Both the position numbers and the translations under genes were made by a program. The notes below the pieces were generated by a model. The model had not been told where the DNA came from and made no database searches. It was given only the letters and a program-made list of their open reading frames with translations. From Chiloscyllium plagiosum (Eukaryota), in contig NC_057719.1 in assembly GCF_004010195.1 (NCBI RefSeq), positions 84,035,108 to 84,099,107 on the forward strand: a DNA stretch of 64,000 nucleotides. Reading direction: 5' to 3'. This document shows, piece after piece, positions 25,831 through 38,559 of the stretch (position 1 is its first letter; each line of letters starts with the position of its first letter).

Positions 25831-27448
25831 ATGACCATAAGACAAAAGGAGCAGAAGTAGACCATTAAATAAGATCTTGGCTGATCTGATAACCATCTAC
25901 TTGATATTGTAGCAAGTCTCCATGAATGAAGCAGGGACTGTATCAGTGTGAGTAATATACAGTTGAAACGGGGAGAGATCTGAAAACAGGAAGGGCAAGG
26001 GATTGTAGGTTGGCGAGAACCATTGCTGGTGTATCAGTATTGCCATAGCCCACTAGATTGTCTAAAGGAGTTGGATGAGGGTTTCTAGGGATTAGATGCT
26101 ATCAGGACTGCCGTAACCCAAGACAGAGAGGATTCAAAGGCATCTGCCTTGTCAGTGGTAAATATGCCCAAGAACTTCAGGTGGAAGAGCTGAAATGGTT
26201 AAGTCAGAAGGGAAAGATCCTCCATATGAGGCCAAGATGAAAAAATAGACAGAACATACCTCGTCCTGCATTTGTGTGGGCTGTCATGGCCAATGCACGT
26301 AACTATCTACCTGAAGCATATCATTGTTTTCTTTCATCTATTTAAAAGTGAAATTCATCTTTTCATTTTAAATATTCAACTGTAAATTATTGTTTAAATT
26401 CTGTTGCTCTTAGTCTTACAGTAGAAGTTTAGAAGTGAAATCCTGCCTATTAATTTTCTTCCCGTTAACTTTAAAAGAAATAAATCCCAACTAAGCTATC
26501 AGATCTCTTCACAATTATAACAGGTGAAAACCTACAGGTCAGAAACCTTCTTATGCACAAATGTCCTTTAGTAACAGTATCTATTATTTTAAACCTAGGA
26601 TCAGCAAGTTTTATATTAGTTAGACTTCATTCAAATACCAATAGTCCAGAGCTTTGTTTCAAGAATGGTGGGAAACCCAAAATAAGTCCCATAAATATGA
26701 TGGATGTCAATAAATTAAACACTTAGTTAGACCAGATGGGCCCATTTCTGTGCAGCAAATGTTATGAAACTAGGAAAGCCCCTACTAAACAGTTCAGAAC
26801 TCACTTCCAGACACTCTGATTGTTAATTACCACATCTATACCCAGCCAGTCAGTCTGACCTCGATGGGGAAACTATTGGAAGTATTTCTGAGGGACAGAA
26901 TTATTCTGCATGTAGAGAAGCAGGGATTAATCAAGATCAGCCAGCATGGTTTTGTTAAGGGGAGGTCATGCCTGACCTATTTGATTGAATTGTTTTGAAG
27001 AAGTGACCAGGTATATAGATAAGGGCAATGCATTTGATGTAGTCCACTTGGACTTCAGCAATGCTTTTTATAAGGTCCTGTGAGAGAGACTGATAATAAA
27101 GATAAGAGCCCATGGGATCCGAGGAAATTTGGCAGACTGGATCCACAATTGACTAAGTGGCAGGAAGTAGAGGGTGATGATTGAGGAGTGTTTTTCTGAC
27201 TGGAAGCCTGTGTCCAGTGGGGGTCCCACAGGGGGCCTTGCTGTTTGTGGTTTATCGAAATAATTAAGATGTGAATGCCGGAAGTTGATCAGTAAATTCA
27301 CAGTCAATACAAAAATTGGTGCAGTGATAAATAGTGAGGTTAATAGCCTAAGAGAATATAGATGGATTGATGGGTGGCAAATGGACTGCAAAGCAGATAA
27401 GTGTGAGGTAATGCACTTGGGCAGGACAAACAAGGTAAGGGAATACAT

Positions 27449-27486
27449 GATTCCTGAAGAAGGGCCTGTGCCCGAAACGTCGAATC
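27449..27486 (+). ncRNA. Minimal type I hammerhead ribozyme motif
   Basis: GATTC-CTGAAGA-A-GGGC-CTGT-GCCC-GAAA-C-GTC-GAATC; perfect 5 bp stem I and 4 bp stem II. Confidence 0.8.
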
Positions 27487-27578
27487 TCCTGTTCCCTGGA
27501 TGCTGCCTGACCTGCTGTGCTGTTCCAGCAATAAAGTTTCAACTTTGATCTCCAGCATCTGCAGACCTCACTTTCTCC
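27452..27578 (+). mobile_element. 127 bp Penelope-derived mini-element beginning at the hammerhead
   Basis: Perfect 15 bp TSD AAGGGAATACATGAT at 27437-27451 and 27579-27593. Confidence 0.92.
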
Positions 27579-28981
27579 AAGGGAATACATGATGAACAGT
27601 AGGACCTTGGGAAGCAACAAGTCAAAGGGACTTAGCATGCATGTACACCCAGTCCCTTAAGGTAGCAGAACAAGTGGATAAAGTGATTATGAAGACATGT
27701 GGTATACCTGCTTTCATTGGCTGAGGCATAGCGTTTAAGAGCTGGTTATGCTGGTACTGTGTAAAATGTTAGTTAGGCCGCAGCTAGGGTATTGCATGCA
27801 GTTCTGAAATCCACATTATACGAGGGCTGTAATAGCACTGGAGAGGGTGCAGAGGAGATTTATCAGGGTATTGCCTGGGCTGAATAGTTTCAGTGAAGGA
27901 GAGAGATTGGAGAGTTGTTTTACTTAGAGCAGAGGATATCGAGAGGGGACATGGTTAAGATGTACAAAATTATGAGGGGTATAGATAGAGTGGACAGGAA
28001 GAAACTTTTCCCATTGTTGGAAGGATCAATGAGCAGGGGACAGAGATGAGATAGGAGGAAAACTATTTCACCCAGAGGGTGGTAGCAATCTGGAACTCAC
28101 TGCCCACAACGGTGCTAGAGGAAGAAACATTTAAGTAGTGTTTAGCTATGCACTTGCAAAGCTAAACTATAAAGGGTATGGGCCAAGTGTATAAAAATGG
28201 GGTTAGAATAGTTAGGTCATTGTTTTCGACTGACATGGATGCAATGCACTGTCTCCATAACTCTATAACACAACTTATCAACTGCACTCAGCACAAAATA
28301 ATTGAACTATTAAAACAACTCAAAGCCCACCAGAAAAAAACGGAGTGTTGTTGCATAACATTTTCCGATAAAGCTCATGTAAACCTTTTAAATATCTTCA
28401 ACATCAGCTCAATTGCCATTTTGATTTGATGATACATCTATCATGAACCCTAGAATGCTTTGATTGCTGTCGTAATTACCAGTAGACAGACTGAAGCCTC
28501 GATCTGGGACAGCAAAGATGGTTAGTAACTACGAAATTTTGTTGCATACAACTTGCAACATGATAAGATGAAGTGAAACATCTTTCTGAAACATGAACAT
28601 GTAAACATAGCTACTCAATGCAGATTGCTTAGTATCACAACCTCATGGACTATTACTGAGCTCTAAAACTAATCCATCACAGGGAGCCCATTCATATTTT
28701 GTCATATGATTAGGAACATACGGTGAAATGTCACTATTATTGACTAGCGGAAACCCACAAAACATATGCAGGGAAATTAGCAAGGCATTTCAACAGTACT
28801 TCTTTAAATCTCCATCCATGCCATCTTGTTTTCCCTTGCTACCTACTGTAGTCCCTCCTCTGATGCCCATTCCAGTCTTGCCTGTGCCATCCATCCCGTT
28901 CTTTCCCCAGTCTCTCCAGCCAGGCAAAGTTTTCAGTTGAGCTCTCCTTACCTTCCACGATTCCTTTGCGCCCTCCTTTGT

Positions 28982-29291
28982 GGGCGGCACGGTGGCACAG
29001 TGGTTAGCACTGCTGCCTCACAGCGCCAGAGACCCGGGTTCAATTCCCGCCTCAGGCGACTGACTGTGTGGAGTTTGCACGTTCTCCCTGTGTCTGCATG
29101 GGTTTCCTCCGGGTGCTCCAGTTTCCTCCCACAGTCCAAAGATGTGCAGGTCAGGTGAACTGGCCATGCTAAATTGCTCATAGTGTTAGGTAAGGGGTAC
29201 ATGTAGGGGTATGGGTGGGTTGCGCTTCGGCGGGGCGGTGTGGACTTGTTGGGCCGAAGGGCCTGTTTCCACACTAAGTAATCTAATCTAA
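28982..29291 (+). mobile_element. Full-length HE1-like SINE
   Basis: A box TGGCACAGTGG (28993-29003), B box GGTTCAATTCC (29037-29047), tail GTAATCTAATCTAA. Confidence 0.92.
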
Positions 29292-29340
29292 ACAGTACCC
29301 CTTAAACAACCACAGGTAGCTGTACCTGCACTCCCACATG

Positions 29341-29516
29341 GGGGTGACACAGTGGCTCAGTGGTTAGCTCACAGTGCCAGGGACCCGGGTTCAATTCCAC
29401 CCTCAGGCGACTATGTGGAATTTGCACATTTCCTTCGGGTGCTCCGGTTTCCTCCCAAACTCCAAAGATATACAGGTTAGGTGGATTGACCATGCTAAAT
29501 TGCCCATAGTGTTCAG
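29341..29516 (+). mobile_element. Older 3'-truncated HE1-like SINE
   Basis: A and B boxes present; diverged match to 28982-29190. Confidence 0.8.
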
Positions 29517-30283
29517 TATTATATGCTACTCATCCTGCTCCCTACTACTAATCATCCCAGTCAGGTTACCTTTGTTCTTTGGCTGCCTTTGCTTTTTCTT
29601 TAAGTCTTTTTCTCCATCAATTCCATCACAACCTAATACCACCACCACCACCTCCCATTGGCAGCCCAATGCATCAAACCCATCAGCCTCCCATGCTCCA
29701 CATCTGTTTCCAGGCCAAGCTCTGGCCATCAAATTCATCCAATGATCAAACAAAAAAAATGCACAAAGAAAACGAAACTGCACATTAAAGCCACTCATTA
29801 ATCGACATCTTCAACTGTCAATTCCATTTAGTTGGATAGTCAGCCTTGTGATGGGTCAGTGCAGTTAATAAGTCAGTAAATCAGACAGATTATTTTTCAA
29901 TTGGTACGAATAGTCAGTCAACCTGATCACGACAATTACAACAACAATGTGCATTTATGCAGCATTCCAAACTTCCCGACAGAAGCCTTGCCAAACAATT
30001 TCTGATACAAAGTCATCAAAGGAGTTGTTCGGACAAACGATCAAAAGCCTGATAAAGAAGTCGGCTTTAAGAAGCATTTTGAAGTAGAGATAGAGAGAGA
30101 AATTTCGGGAGGGATTTAACTATCAATAGCAAAGTGATTAAAGCCTGGATTGAGCAAGAGACTAGAATTGGAGCAGCGCAAAGATCCAAGAGTTGTAAAA
30201 GGTTACAGGTGTTCGGGATGTGTGATCGCAGAGATCCGAAAACAACAAGGAAGGGTCTAAAACTGAGCAACAATTAAGACAGA

Positions 30284-30487
30284 AAGTGAGCACTGCAGAT
30301 GCTGGAGATCAGAGTCAGGAATGTGGTGCTGGAAAAGCACAGCTGGTCAGGCAGCATCCAAGGAGCAGGAGAATCGACGTTTCGGGCATAAGCTCTTCAT
30401 CAGGAATCAGGATTCCTGATGAAGGGCTTATGCCCGAAACGTCGATTCTCCAGCTCCTTGGATGCTGCCTGACCTGCTGTGCTTTTC
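30284..30487. mobile_element. Palindromic PLE mini-insertion with two back-to-back hammerhead motifs
   Basis: Arms 30331-30408 and 30411-30488 are near-perfect inverted repeats; degenerate TSD at 30263-30283 and 30488-30508 (17/21 identical). Confidence 0.88.
30411..30448 (+). ncRNA. Minimal hammerhead ribozyme motif
   Basis: GATTC-CTGATGA-A-GGGC-TTAT-GCCC-GAAA-C-GTC-GATTC; the mirror copy on minus (30371-30408) has one stem II mismatch. Confidence 0.75.
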
Positions 30488-32504
30488 CTGAGCAGCAATC
30501 AATGCAGACCAATGAGAATGGGGAGGTTGGGTGACCAGAACTTGGTCACTTGGGGAGAATTGTGATCTCAACCGCAGTGCTTTGGATAAAACATATGGAG
30601 ATGGAAGATGCAAGGACAGCCAGGAAAGAGTTTGTCAAATCTACAAGTAACGAAGGCATGAGATGAGCCAAAGCAAGGGAAAGATATATAAACAGAAACT
30701 CATTTTGGGGTCAAATAGGATGCCAAGATTACAAGCAGTCTGGTTCGGCCTCAAGACAATTGGTTCAAAAAAAGAAATGAAAATCATGGCAAGGCAAATA
30801 AATTTGTGGCATGGACCAAAGACAATGGCTTCAGTCGTTCCAATATTTGGCTGAAGCCAATTGGTAGTGACAGCCAGTACAATCAGCTGATCATTAAAAT
30901 AAGCAGTGTGTGAGATTGATGAATGCGACCAGTCAGCATGTCATAATAATTGTGACCAACAGTTCACTAGGTATCACATTGTTTAAATATTTTCTCATTG
31001 TATAATCTGGATAAAGCTTACATCACTCCTTATGTACTTAAACCTGCTCCTTACTTCTAAAATCAATGCTCAAGAATAGTCAAACATGCCGATATACTTC
31101 AGAAGAACACTGTCAGACATAAGATCAAAGCTTTGGTCACAGTAGATTTTAACAGCCATCTTAAAAGTAGAAGAGGAGTATTCAGAGCTTTGCACTTGCC
31201 CAGTTTGAAGCCACAGCCATCAACAGCAAAGCAAAGGGAATGGGGGTGTGCCAGAGGCCAGAATTGGAAGAAACATGATTGGAGCGGGTCAAATGTGGAG
31301 GTAGGAGCGAGAAGAGTGAGTAGAGGGTCCTGATTTGGAGACAAAGACTACGTTATCGCCATGATAATTTGGGAATGAGACTGGTACGGAATAGCAGGAT
31401 GTCATCACTATTGGCCAAATTATGAAGTGTACAAACCTGATATTATTATCCACAATGAAAAGTAAAAGCCTTGTTCATAAATAAGTAGGACACTCTAGAA
31501 GAAATTGCATAGGAGTGATAACTCTTGATTTTACATACATAAGCATATCATATTACACAAATAAAATTTAAAAATCCTCATAGGTAATGTGCTAAGTTTT
31601 CTAGTTGACCTCCTGGTGACCAACTTGAATCTTTAACATGGCTTGCAACATCTCTGGAAATGACACAAATTAAAATGCAAATGATAGCCTCAATTTTTAA
31701 ACATTTATTCATGGGACGTGGCCTCGTTGGCTAGGGGGTGGGAGGTAGGGGATGGAGCAGGGAGGTGGAGGAGCCTGTTGAGAAAAGCACAAATGCACAC
31801 AAACCTGAACGTCCCTGGTCCCACTGTGCTGAGTTGGCTGAGCTCAGCTGGAAAGACCATAGGGCCTCAGCACTTCTTGGGCTGAAAGGAAATGAGAGGA
31901 ATTTGTCTAACTTCAATCGAGGGCAAGGTGAGATGGAACCATAATGCTCTGCATGGTTAAATAAGCCCTCACCATCTGGGTTTATAGGCAGGACAACTGA
32001 TAGTCTCAGCTCCTTCAAGTGAGACAGATAAAGAAATGAAAGAATTCCAGATATCTAAGCAGTGAATAGGAAGCTTGTCATGCTGATGGCAGTGCTTAAT
32101 GAGAGAAGTACAAAAAGCTTTCACCCAATTAACTACATAATTTCCCAAAAGGAATTTCCACCAATTGGCTCCAAAATTGAAATATTAGGTGTTTGCCTGC
32201 ATCACAGAATCTGCCCAAGTCAATATTGATCATAACGTAAGGGGGACATTAAGAAAACATGATCAACTGACCCTTTCCCCAGAAAATTTACATTTTCATG
32301 AATAGAAGGTTCTGAAGCACTTTGGTGCATCCTCAAGAAAATGAAAGCTGCAATCAGATCACAAGCTCTTTTCTTGGTAGAAAAGAAGAGGCAAAAAAAA
32401 AGCACAGCAAAAGATCTTCCTCTGGGGCACATTGTTAGAATAATTCGGTCCTGCACAATCTAAATGTAAAGAGTGCAGGTCCAGGCTCCAATCTCTTTTT
32501 TTTG

Positions 32505-32834
32505 TTCACTTTATTCTTGTATAGGATGGGATCATCACAGACAAGGTCGGCATTTGCCTTCAATAGCCTTGCAGTGATTGGCTCTTTACGCCATTTCAAG
32601 TCAACCACATAGCTGTGGGTCTGAAAGCTCACATTCCAAGAAAGGACAATAGATTTCCTTCCTTAAAGGACATTAGGAGACTGGTTTTGTTTTACAACAT
32701 CAAAAATGGTGACATTTCATTGAATTTAAATGTTACTATCAACCATGGTGGCATTTGAACTTAGGCTTTTAGAACATTAGCCTGGGCTCGGGATTACCAG
32801 TCCAGTGATGTTACCACTATGCTACTGCTTCCCT
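32505..32834 (-). mobile_element. tRNA-derived SINE, second family
   Basis: Homologous to 16478-16820. Confidence 0.75.
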
Positions 32835-33024
32835 ATAATCAGTAATGTAGAGGAGGATGTACTCTGTATCCAATTCGCTTTATATCTGCTCTATGATTGT
32901 TTGATTGGATAATTTTGACAGGGGTTGCTCTCTATCTAAACACAATTGTCCTTGAGCTGGTAACTAAGTCCCCAAAGGGACATGAGCCACGTAAGTCCAT
33001 TATGGATGGTTGATGTAGAATTAA

Positions 33025-33432
33025 CTTAGTTTTACAAAGCCCCTTCCATGTCAAGGCATCCCAAAGTGCTTTAAAACTAACAAATTACTTTAAGAGGTGC
33101 AGCTAACATTATACTGTATGACTTTTGGCAATGAATTTGTTGTCACAAACAGAAAGTGATCAGGACAAGATTATCTGGCAATGTTGGTTAAGGACTAAGT
33201 ATCAATCAGGCCGCTGAGGAGAACTTCCCTACTCTTCTCAGAAATCATGTTGTGGGATATCCATCTTTCATTTGAGAGGCAGAACAGGCTTTATTTAATG
33301 TCCCACACTGCCAGTACTCCCTCAGTACTACACTGATGGCGTCAGCCTGGATTATAGCCTCTCATGCCTGAAATAGGGGTAACGTCATAACTCAAAAGGA
33401 GAGAGGGTTACAGATTAATGCACAGCTGATAC
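33025..33432 (-). mobile_element. Near full-length old DeuSINE-like element
   Basis: Homologous to 12015-12270 and 38560-38975. Confidence 0.6.
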
Positions 33433-33704
33433 CAAATGACAGAACAATTCTGGGAAAGCAATTTAACTTGGCTCTCAAAACCTGGGTTAAATTGACAAGT
33501 GCCATATGGTGATATCCTTTTCTGCTCCTCCAAAACAACATTCCTATGTGGGCAGCAAAATGTAGCATATCAGATCAAAAGAAAACGTCACGACCCAGTC
33601 TGCTGCTCAGTTGCGAAAAGAACAGCAATACTTTGTAGGACAGCTCCATTACCTACCATGCCCAGATGATAAAACCTACAGACAGTAAACCTATTTAACC
33701 AGGC

Positions 33705-33747
33705 TTGTCCATGGCAACAGTAGCTATTGGCCACCCGGTCAGCCAAT
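33705..33747. promoter_or_regulatory. Candidate RFX X-box plus two CCAAT boxes
   Basis: TTGTCCATGGCAAC (perfect GGCAAC half-site), ATTGG at 33726-33730 and CCAAT at 33743-33747, in non-repeat sequence. Confidence 0.25.
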
Positions 33748-34199
33748 CCGATTTATCAAACATGTCTTAGCCTCAATGCAAAGGAAAGATTAAACACACA
33801 CACACACTCTTTAATGGGCTTTAGCTTGAAACAACATTCCTGAGTAAAACACTTTGACATTTTATCAGTCTGCTCTAATAAATGGCAAGGAATAAAGCTT
33901 TAGCACCTTTGTTCCAGAAAAGTTAATAAATAAGCCATGTGCTGTAAATGATTTCCTTGCTGCGTTTACCATTCATCTGGATTTAATTACTGCCAGGGAT
34001 GAGGCAGTGTAACAGCATGAGAAGCCTTGCACACAGATCTCTCAGACTCATAAGTTCTCTGTTCATGGAACTTGCAATCTTGAGGTGCACTGAGGCTTTG
34101 GGAAGGAAACTCCCCTAGCCCAATATATACTGCAGTGAACAGCGCAGCCACAAGGTGCAGGGGATCCCAGGTTTCCAATCCATAATGATTAAGAGTAAC

Positions 34200-34890
34200 A
34201 GTCTTGCATTTATATCACCTTTTTCATAACCTCAAGATGGGGAGGGGTGGATGCAGAGATTAGCAGGGAGGTTGCGAGGACTGGAGGATTTGAGTTATGG
34301 GGAGAGGCTGGACAGGCTGGGACTTGTTTCCCCTGGAGCATGAGATGCTGGGGTGGTGATATTAATGGAGGTTTGTAAACTCGAGGGGCATAGGTAAGGT
34401 GAATAGCCAAGGTCTTTTCCCCAGGGAAATTCTGAATTAGAGGACACGGGTTTAAAGGCAAGAGGGGAGAGATCACAGGTGAGTTGGGCCAAAGGGTCCG
34501 TTTCTGTGTGCTATATGACTACGCCCCAAATAGTTTCACAGGCAATTAAATACTTTTGAAATGTCTTCACAATTGTCATGCAGGAAAGATGGCAGCCATT
34601 TTGCACATAGCTACCACAGACAGCACTGTGATACAAACGATAATTTTCAGGTGTGGGTTGAGGGATAACATTGACCAGAACACCAGGACAATTCCACTCT
34701 TGTTTTGTGAAACATTTCAATGGATTTTTAGCTTCCACTTAACAGCTGGACAGGTAAGGCCTCAGTTTACAGTAGCGTCTGAAGAAAGACATCTCTGAAA
34801 TTATGGCACACCATCACCGCTTCAGAATTAGTCTGGATTACCTACTAAGATCTCCAAAGCGGGGCTTGAACTCAGAGTCGCAGCTGACAA
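34200..34890 (-). mobile_element. DeuSINE-like element interrupted by a plus-strand CR1 3' fragment (~34240-34520)
   Basis: SINE tail CTTGCATTTATATCACC at 34203 resumes at ~34523; the intervening sequence matches the CR1 C-terminus and ends GGGCCAAAGGGTCCGTTTCTGTGTGCTATATGACT. Confidence 0.7.
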
Positions 34891-35974
34891 ATACAGAAAC
34901 CAGAAAAGGAGTAGATATCAAGAATTAGATTTGAGAAGAGTGAGGGGGAAAGAAACCTAAAATCTCCCCACGTAAAGCTTTGACAGAAGCAAGCTCAGAT
35001 TGGCACAGGTGAATTAAAAACAGAACCAGCTATCTACTCATCTCTAACTCTTCACTCCTCTCATCAGCGTGATCCTTAACCTGGTGGATCAAGCAGCTGA
35101 ACATTGAGAAATCTGACCCCCGTTAGAATCCCCCACAGTTTCCCATCCTGGATCAAGATTTGCCATTTAAGAATAAAACCAAAACTAGACCCATCTAAGC
35201 CAGCTCCTTACACTCTGCTCTCTCAACTTCCAACAGGAATAAAGTCAATTTATCCCCAAAAATTGTCTTGTGTACTCGATAATAAATGGTATTTATTTAG
35301 AACAACTTTACAAAAGTCAAATCCATCATAAACAAAGTGGGCCTCACAAGGGCAACATTAGGGCACTTGTCCTAAAGCTTGCTCAGAAAAGTAGGTTTTA
35401 AGCAATTTCTTCAAAGAAGCAAGTGAAGTCAAGAAGTATGACTGCATAAGAAGGAAATTTCAGGGTTCAGGACCCAGGCAGTGAAAGGCATGGTCACCAA
35501 AAGTGAAACAGTTTAAGTCTGTGATTTTCAAGGTCAATATTTGGACAATTGTGATTTGAGTGGAGCAATTCGAGATAGGGAGGGCAAGGACAGGGAATTT
35601 CAAATAACACTGAGAATTTCAAAGCAAAGTGTTGAATACTCGAAGCCAACGTAGCTTAGCGCGCACAGGGGTAACAGGTTAAGACACAAGCAGCAAAGTT
35701 TGGATGAAATCAAGTTTATGTCACATGCTACTAGGAGAGCTTTGGTTCAGTCTAGAGATAACGAAGACTGTGATGGTATCTACAGCTCCAACAAACTGAG
35801 AAATTAATTCCAAATTAGCACCAGGCCTGGCACTTCGAAGTACTCATAGAGATGTCAATTTGAATGCATATATATGAGAATCAGGTGAGCAAAAGTTGGT
35901 AGGCACTAATTTGTTCACTACCAAATTTAATTTTCCTGTCCTCCTTGACAAATTCCTCCACACGTAGACAGTTT

Positions 35975-36430
35975 ATGTTAAACTTAGTTAGACTCCACTT
36001 AAAACTGTGCACAACTGTTTTGATCTCCACATTATAACAAATATACAAAGAGATGATCATGTCAAGATGAGAGCTTATACATATCAGGCAAGAGTGAACA
36101 GGTCAGGGCCCTTTTTAACAGTAAAGACTAAATGGTGAATGAATAGGAGGTCTTTAAAGAGATGAAAGAATTTGGTCGGATAGACGTAGAGAAGTTGTTT
36201 CCACTTGTGGAGGAATCCAAAAGTAAAGGTCACACTATATGAACCTTTTATTAGTAAATTTAAGAGGGAGTTCAGGTGAAACATGTTTAACCAGAGAATA
36301 TTCAAATGGGGAGCCTGTTTCTACAAGAAGTGGATGAATAGAAGTATTTAAGTGTACATTTGATCAGCACAGGAATGGAAGGCTTTATTAATGGAGTTGG
36401 TTTAAATAGGGTGGAAGATGACTGGACTAG
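35975..36430 (+). mobile_element. Highly decayed CR1 3' fragment
   Basis: Recognisable TATGTTAAACTTAGTTAGACTCCACTT and GTTGTTTCCACTTGTGGAGG CR1 ORF2 segments. Confidence 0.55.
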
Positions 36431-36759
36431 GTTATTCAAACAAATTAACCTCTGCTACAAATTTGACACAATACTATATAACTTTAGATATGGGAACATG
36501 TCCTCTCTTCATTAACAGTGGCAGGACCTTCAGACACAATAACCCTAAACTCTGGTACTCCCTCACTAAAATCTTCCACTACCTTGATCTTTCATTCTTA
36601 CATCTCATGGCAGATTCCTTTAACTAAACTTTCAGCCACCCAAAGACGAGGATTTATTCCTTTCTTCCTATGAAATGGTCCAGAATATTTATTTTAAAGG
36701 GATCTAGATGTGGCAGAATTGCTGTTATGTCAACATCAGATGGACACTTCATTAAGCAG

Positions 36760-38045
36760 TAGTGTAATGGAAGGTGTCATCAAGAGTGCAATTAAGCAGC
36801 ACCTGCTCCTGCCTATTGGTACTCAGTTTGGGTTCCGTCAGGACCATTCAGCTCCTAATCTCATCACACCCGTTACAAAAGATGTGAATTTCACAGATGA
36901 AGTGACAGAGAGTGCCTTTGAAATCAAGCCGCATTTGGCCAAGTGTGGCATCAAGAAGCCCTAGCAAAACTGGAGTCAACGGGAATCAGGAGCAAAAACA
37001 CTCCACTGGTTGGAGCCGGAGCCACACCCAGCACATAGGAAGTTGGTTGTGGTTGCTGGAAGTCTGTCATCTCAGCTCCAGAACATCTGTGTAGGAGTGC
37101 TTCACGGTAATATCCTTGGCCAACCATCTTCAGCTCTTCCATCAAAGAGCTTCCCTCTAATCTAAGGTCAGGAGTGGAAATGTTCAGCACCATTTTCAAC
37201 TAATCAGATACTGAAGAAATGCAAGTCCTAATGTGGAAAGACCTGGTCAATATCCAAGTCTAGACTGACAAGTGGCACATAACGTTTGCACCACACAATG
37301 CCAGGCAGTAACCACCGCTAATGAGACAATTTAATCATTGCTCCTTGACATTTAATGGTGTTACCATTGCTGAATCCCCCACTATTAACATCTTGGGGGT
37401 TATCATTGAACTGGATAGCCTTATAAATATAATGGCTACAACAGCAGGTCAGAAGTTAAGAATCCTGCAGCAAGTAACTAACTTCCTGACTTCCCAAAGC
37501 CTGTCCACCATCAAAAAGGCACAAATCAGGAGTATGATGGAGTACTCCCCATTTGCCTGGATGAATACAGCTCCAATAATACATAAGAGGTTTGAGACCA
37601 TCCAGAATAAAGCAGCCCATCTGATTGGCAGAACATGCACCATCATTCAGTCTCTCCACAACCAACTCTCAGTAGTAGCAGTGTGAACTATCTACAAAAT
37701 GCTCTGGAGAAATTCAATAAGATTCCTTAGACAGCACCTTCCAAAGGCACAACCATTTCCATCTAGAAGGACAAGGGCAGCAGATACATGGATATGCCAC
37801 CATCTGCAAGTTCCCCTCCAAACCACTCACCAGCTTGACTTGGAAATATATCACTATTCCTTCAGTTTTCTTGCATCTAAGTGCTGGAGTTCCCTCCCTA
37901 ACTGCATTATGAGTGCACCTAAATGAAATGACTCCAGCAGTTCAAGAAGATAGCTTACCACAAACTTCTCAAGGGCAACTAGGGATGGGCAATAAATATT
38001 GTCTCAGCCAGTGACATCTACATCCAATGAGTAAATTCCAAAAAT
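36760..38045 (+). mobile_element. CR1-group non-LTR retrotransposon (family distinct from HER1-like), RT to 3' end
   Basis: QFGFRQDHSAPNLIT and AESPTINILGVII...AGQKLRILQQV...KAQIRSMMEYSPFAW; homologous to 61140-62230 and, on minus, 43870-44295. Confidence 0.85.
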
Positions 38046-38559
38046 AAAAGAGTTTGACTCCGGCAGTTGAATAACATGCTGACATTCACAGTTGCTATTC
38101 ACTTAGGAAGAATGACAACTTTTGACACACACCAATTAATATAAAACCTTCACTGCCATCAGACTCTAATTCAAATATTAGTTTATTACTCCCATATCAA
38201 ACATCAACAGCAGGCAATGTTTAAGTATTTCCAAAGCTGTCTAGATTGTTTCCTGTGTTTGGTCTTTGGCAAAGATACAGAAGGAGGGACAGGCACTGCA
38301 TTTGCAAAACAACAGTTCACAAGCTGGGTATCGTATTTCATGATTATTATTCAACCCTTTCTTTACTTGAGCTGTAACATACACTAGTCATACAGGAGTC
38401 CAGATATACAACCAGACAAGCGTCCATATGCTTCAGTTATTACCTAAGACTATATGGGTCTTCTACTTTAAGAAGCCAAACTTGGCTTCCCTTTATATTT
38501 CAGTGAAGGAATCGAGCTAATCCGTGCTTGATTAGTAATCTGTATGCAGTTAAAAGAGA

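Larger units (their letters stand above)
26875..28268 (+). mobile_element. CR1 LINE ORF2 (RT) and 3' fragment, interrupted by a PLE mini-insertion
   Basis: QHGFVKGRSCLT, DFSNAF, WQMDCKADKCEVMHLGRTN motifs with stops and frameshifts. Confidence 0.9.
29935..30870 (-). mobile_element. Old L2-like LINE fragment interrupted by a PLE palindrome
   Basis: Reversed terminus ACAACAATGTGCATTTATGCAGC; homologous to 6947-7505. Confidence 0.55.

Noticed and set aside
28982..29060. tRNA gene
   Set aside because: A and B boxes belong to the SINE head, which continues into SINE body and tail; I could not build a full cloverleaf
30331..30488. Palindromes as MITEs, terminators or CRISPR repeats
   Set aside because: Arms are PLE pLTR sequence with long variable TSDs; eukaryotic context and no repeat-spacer array
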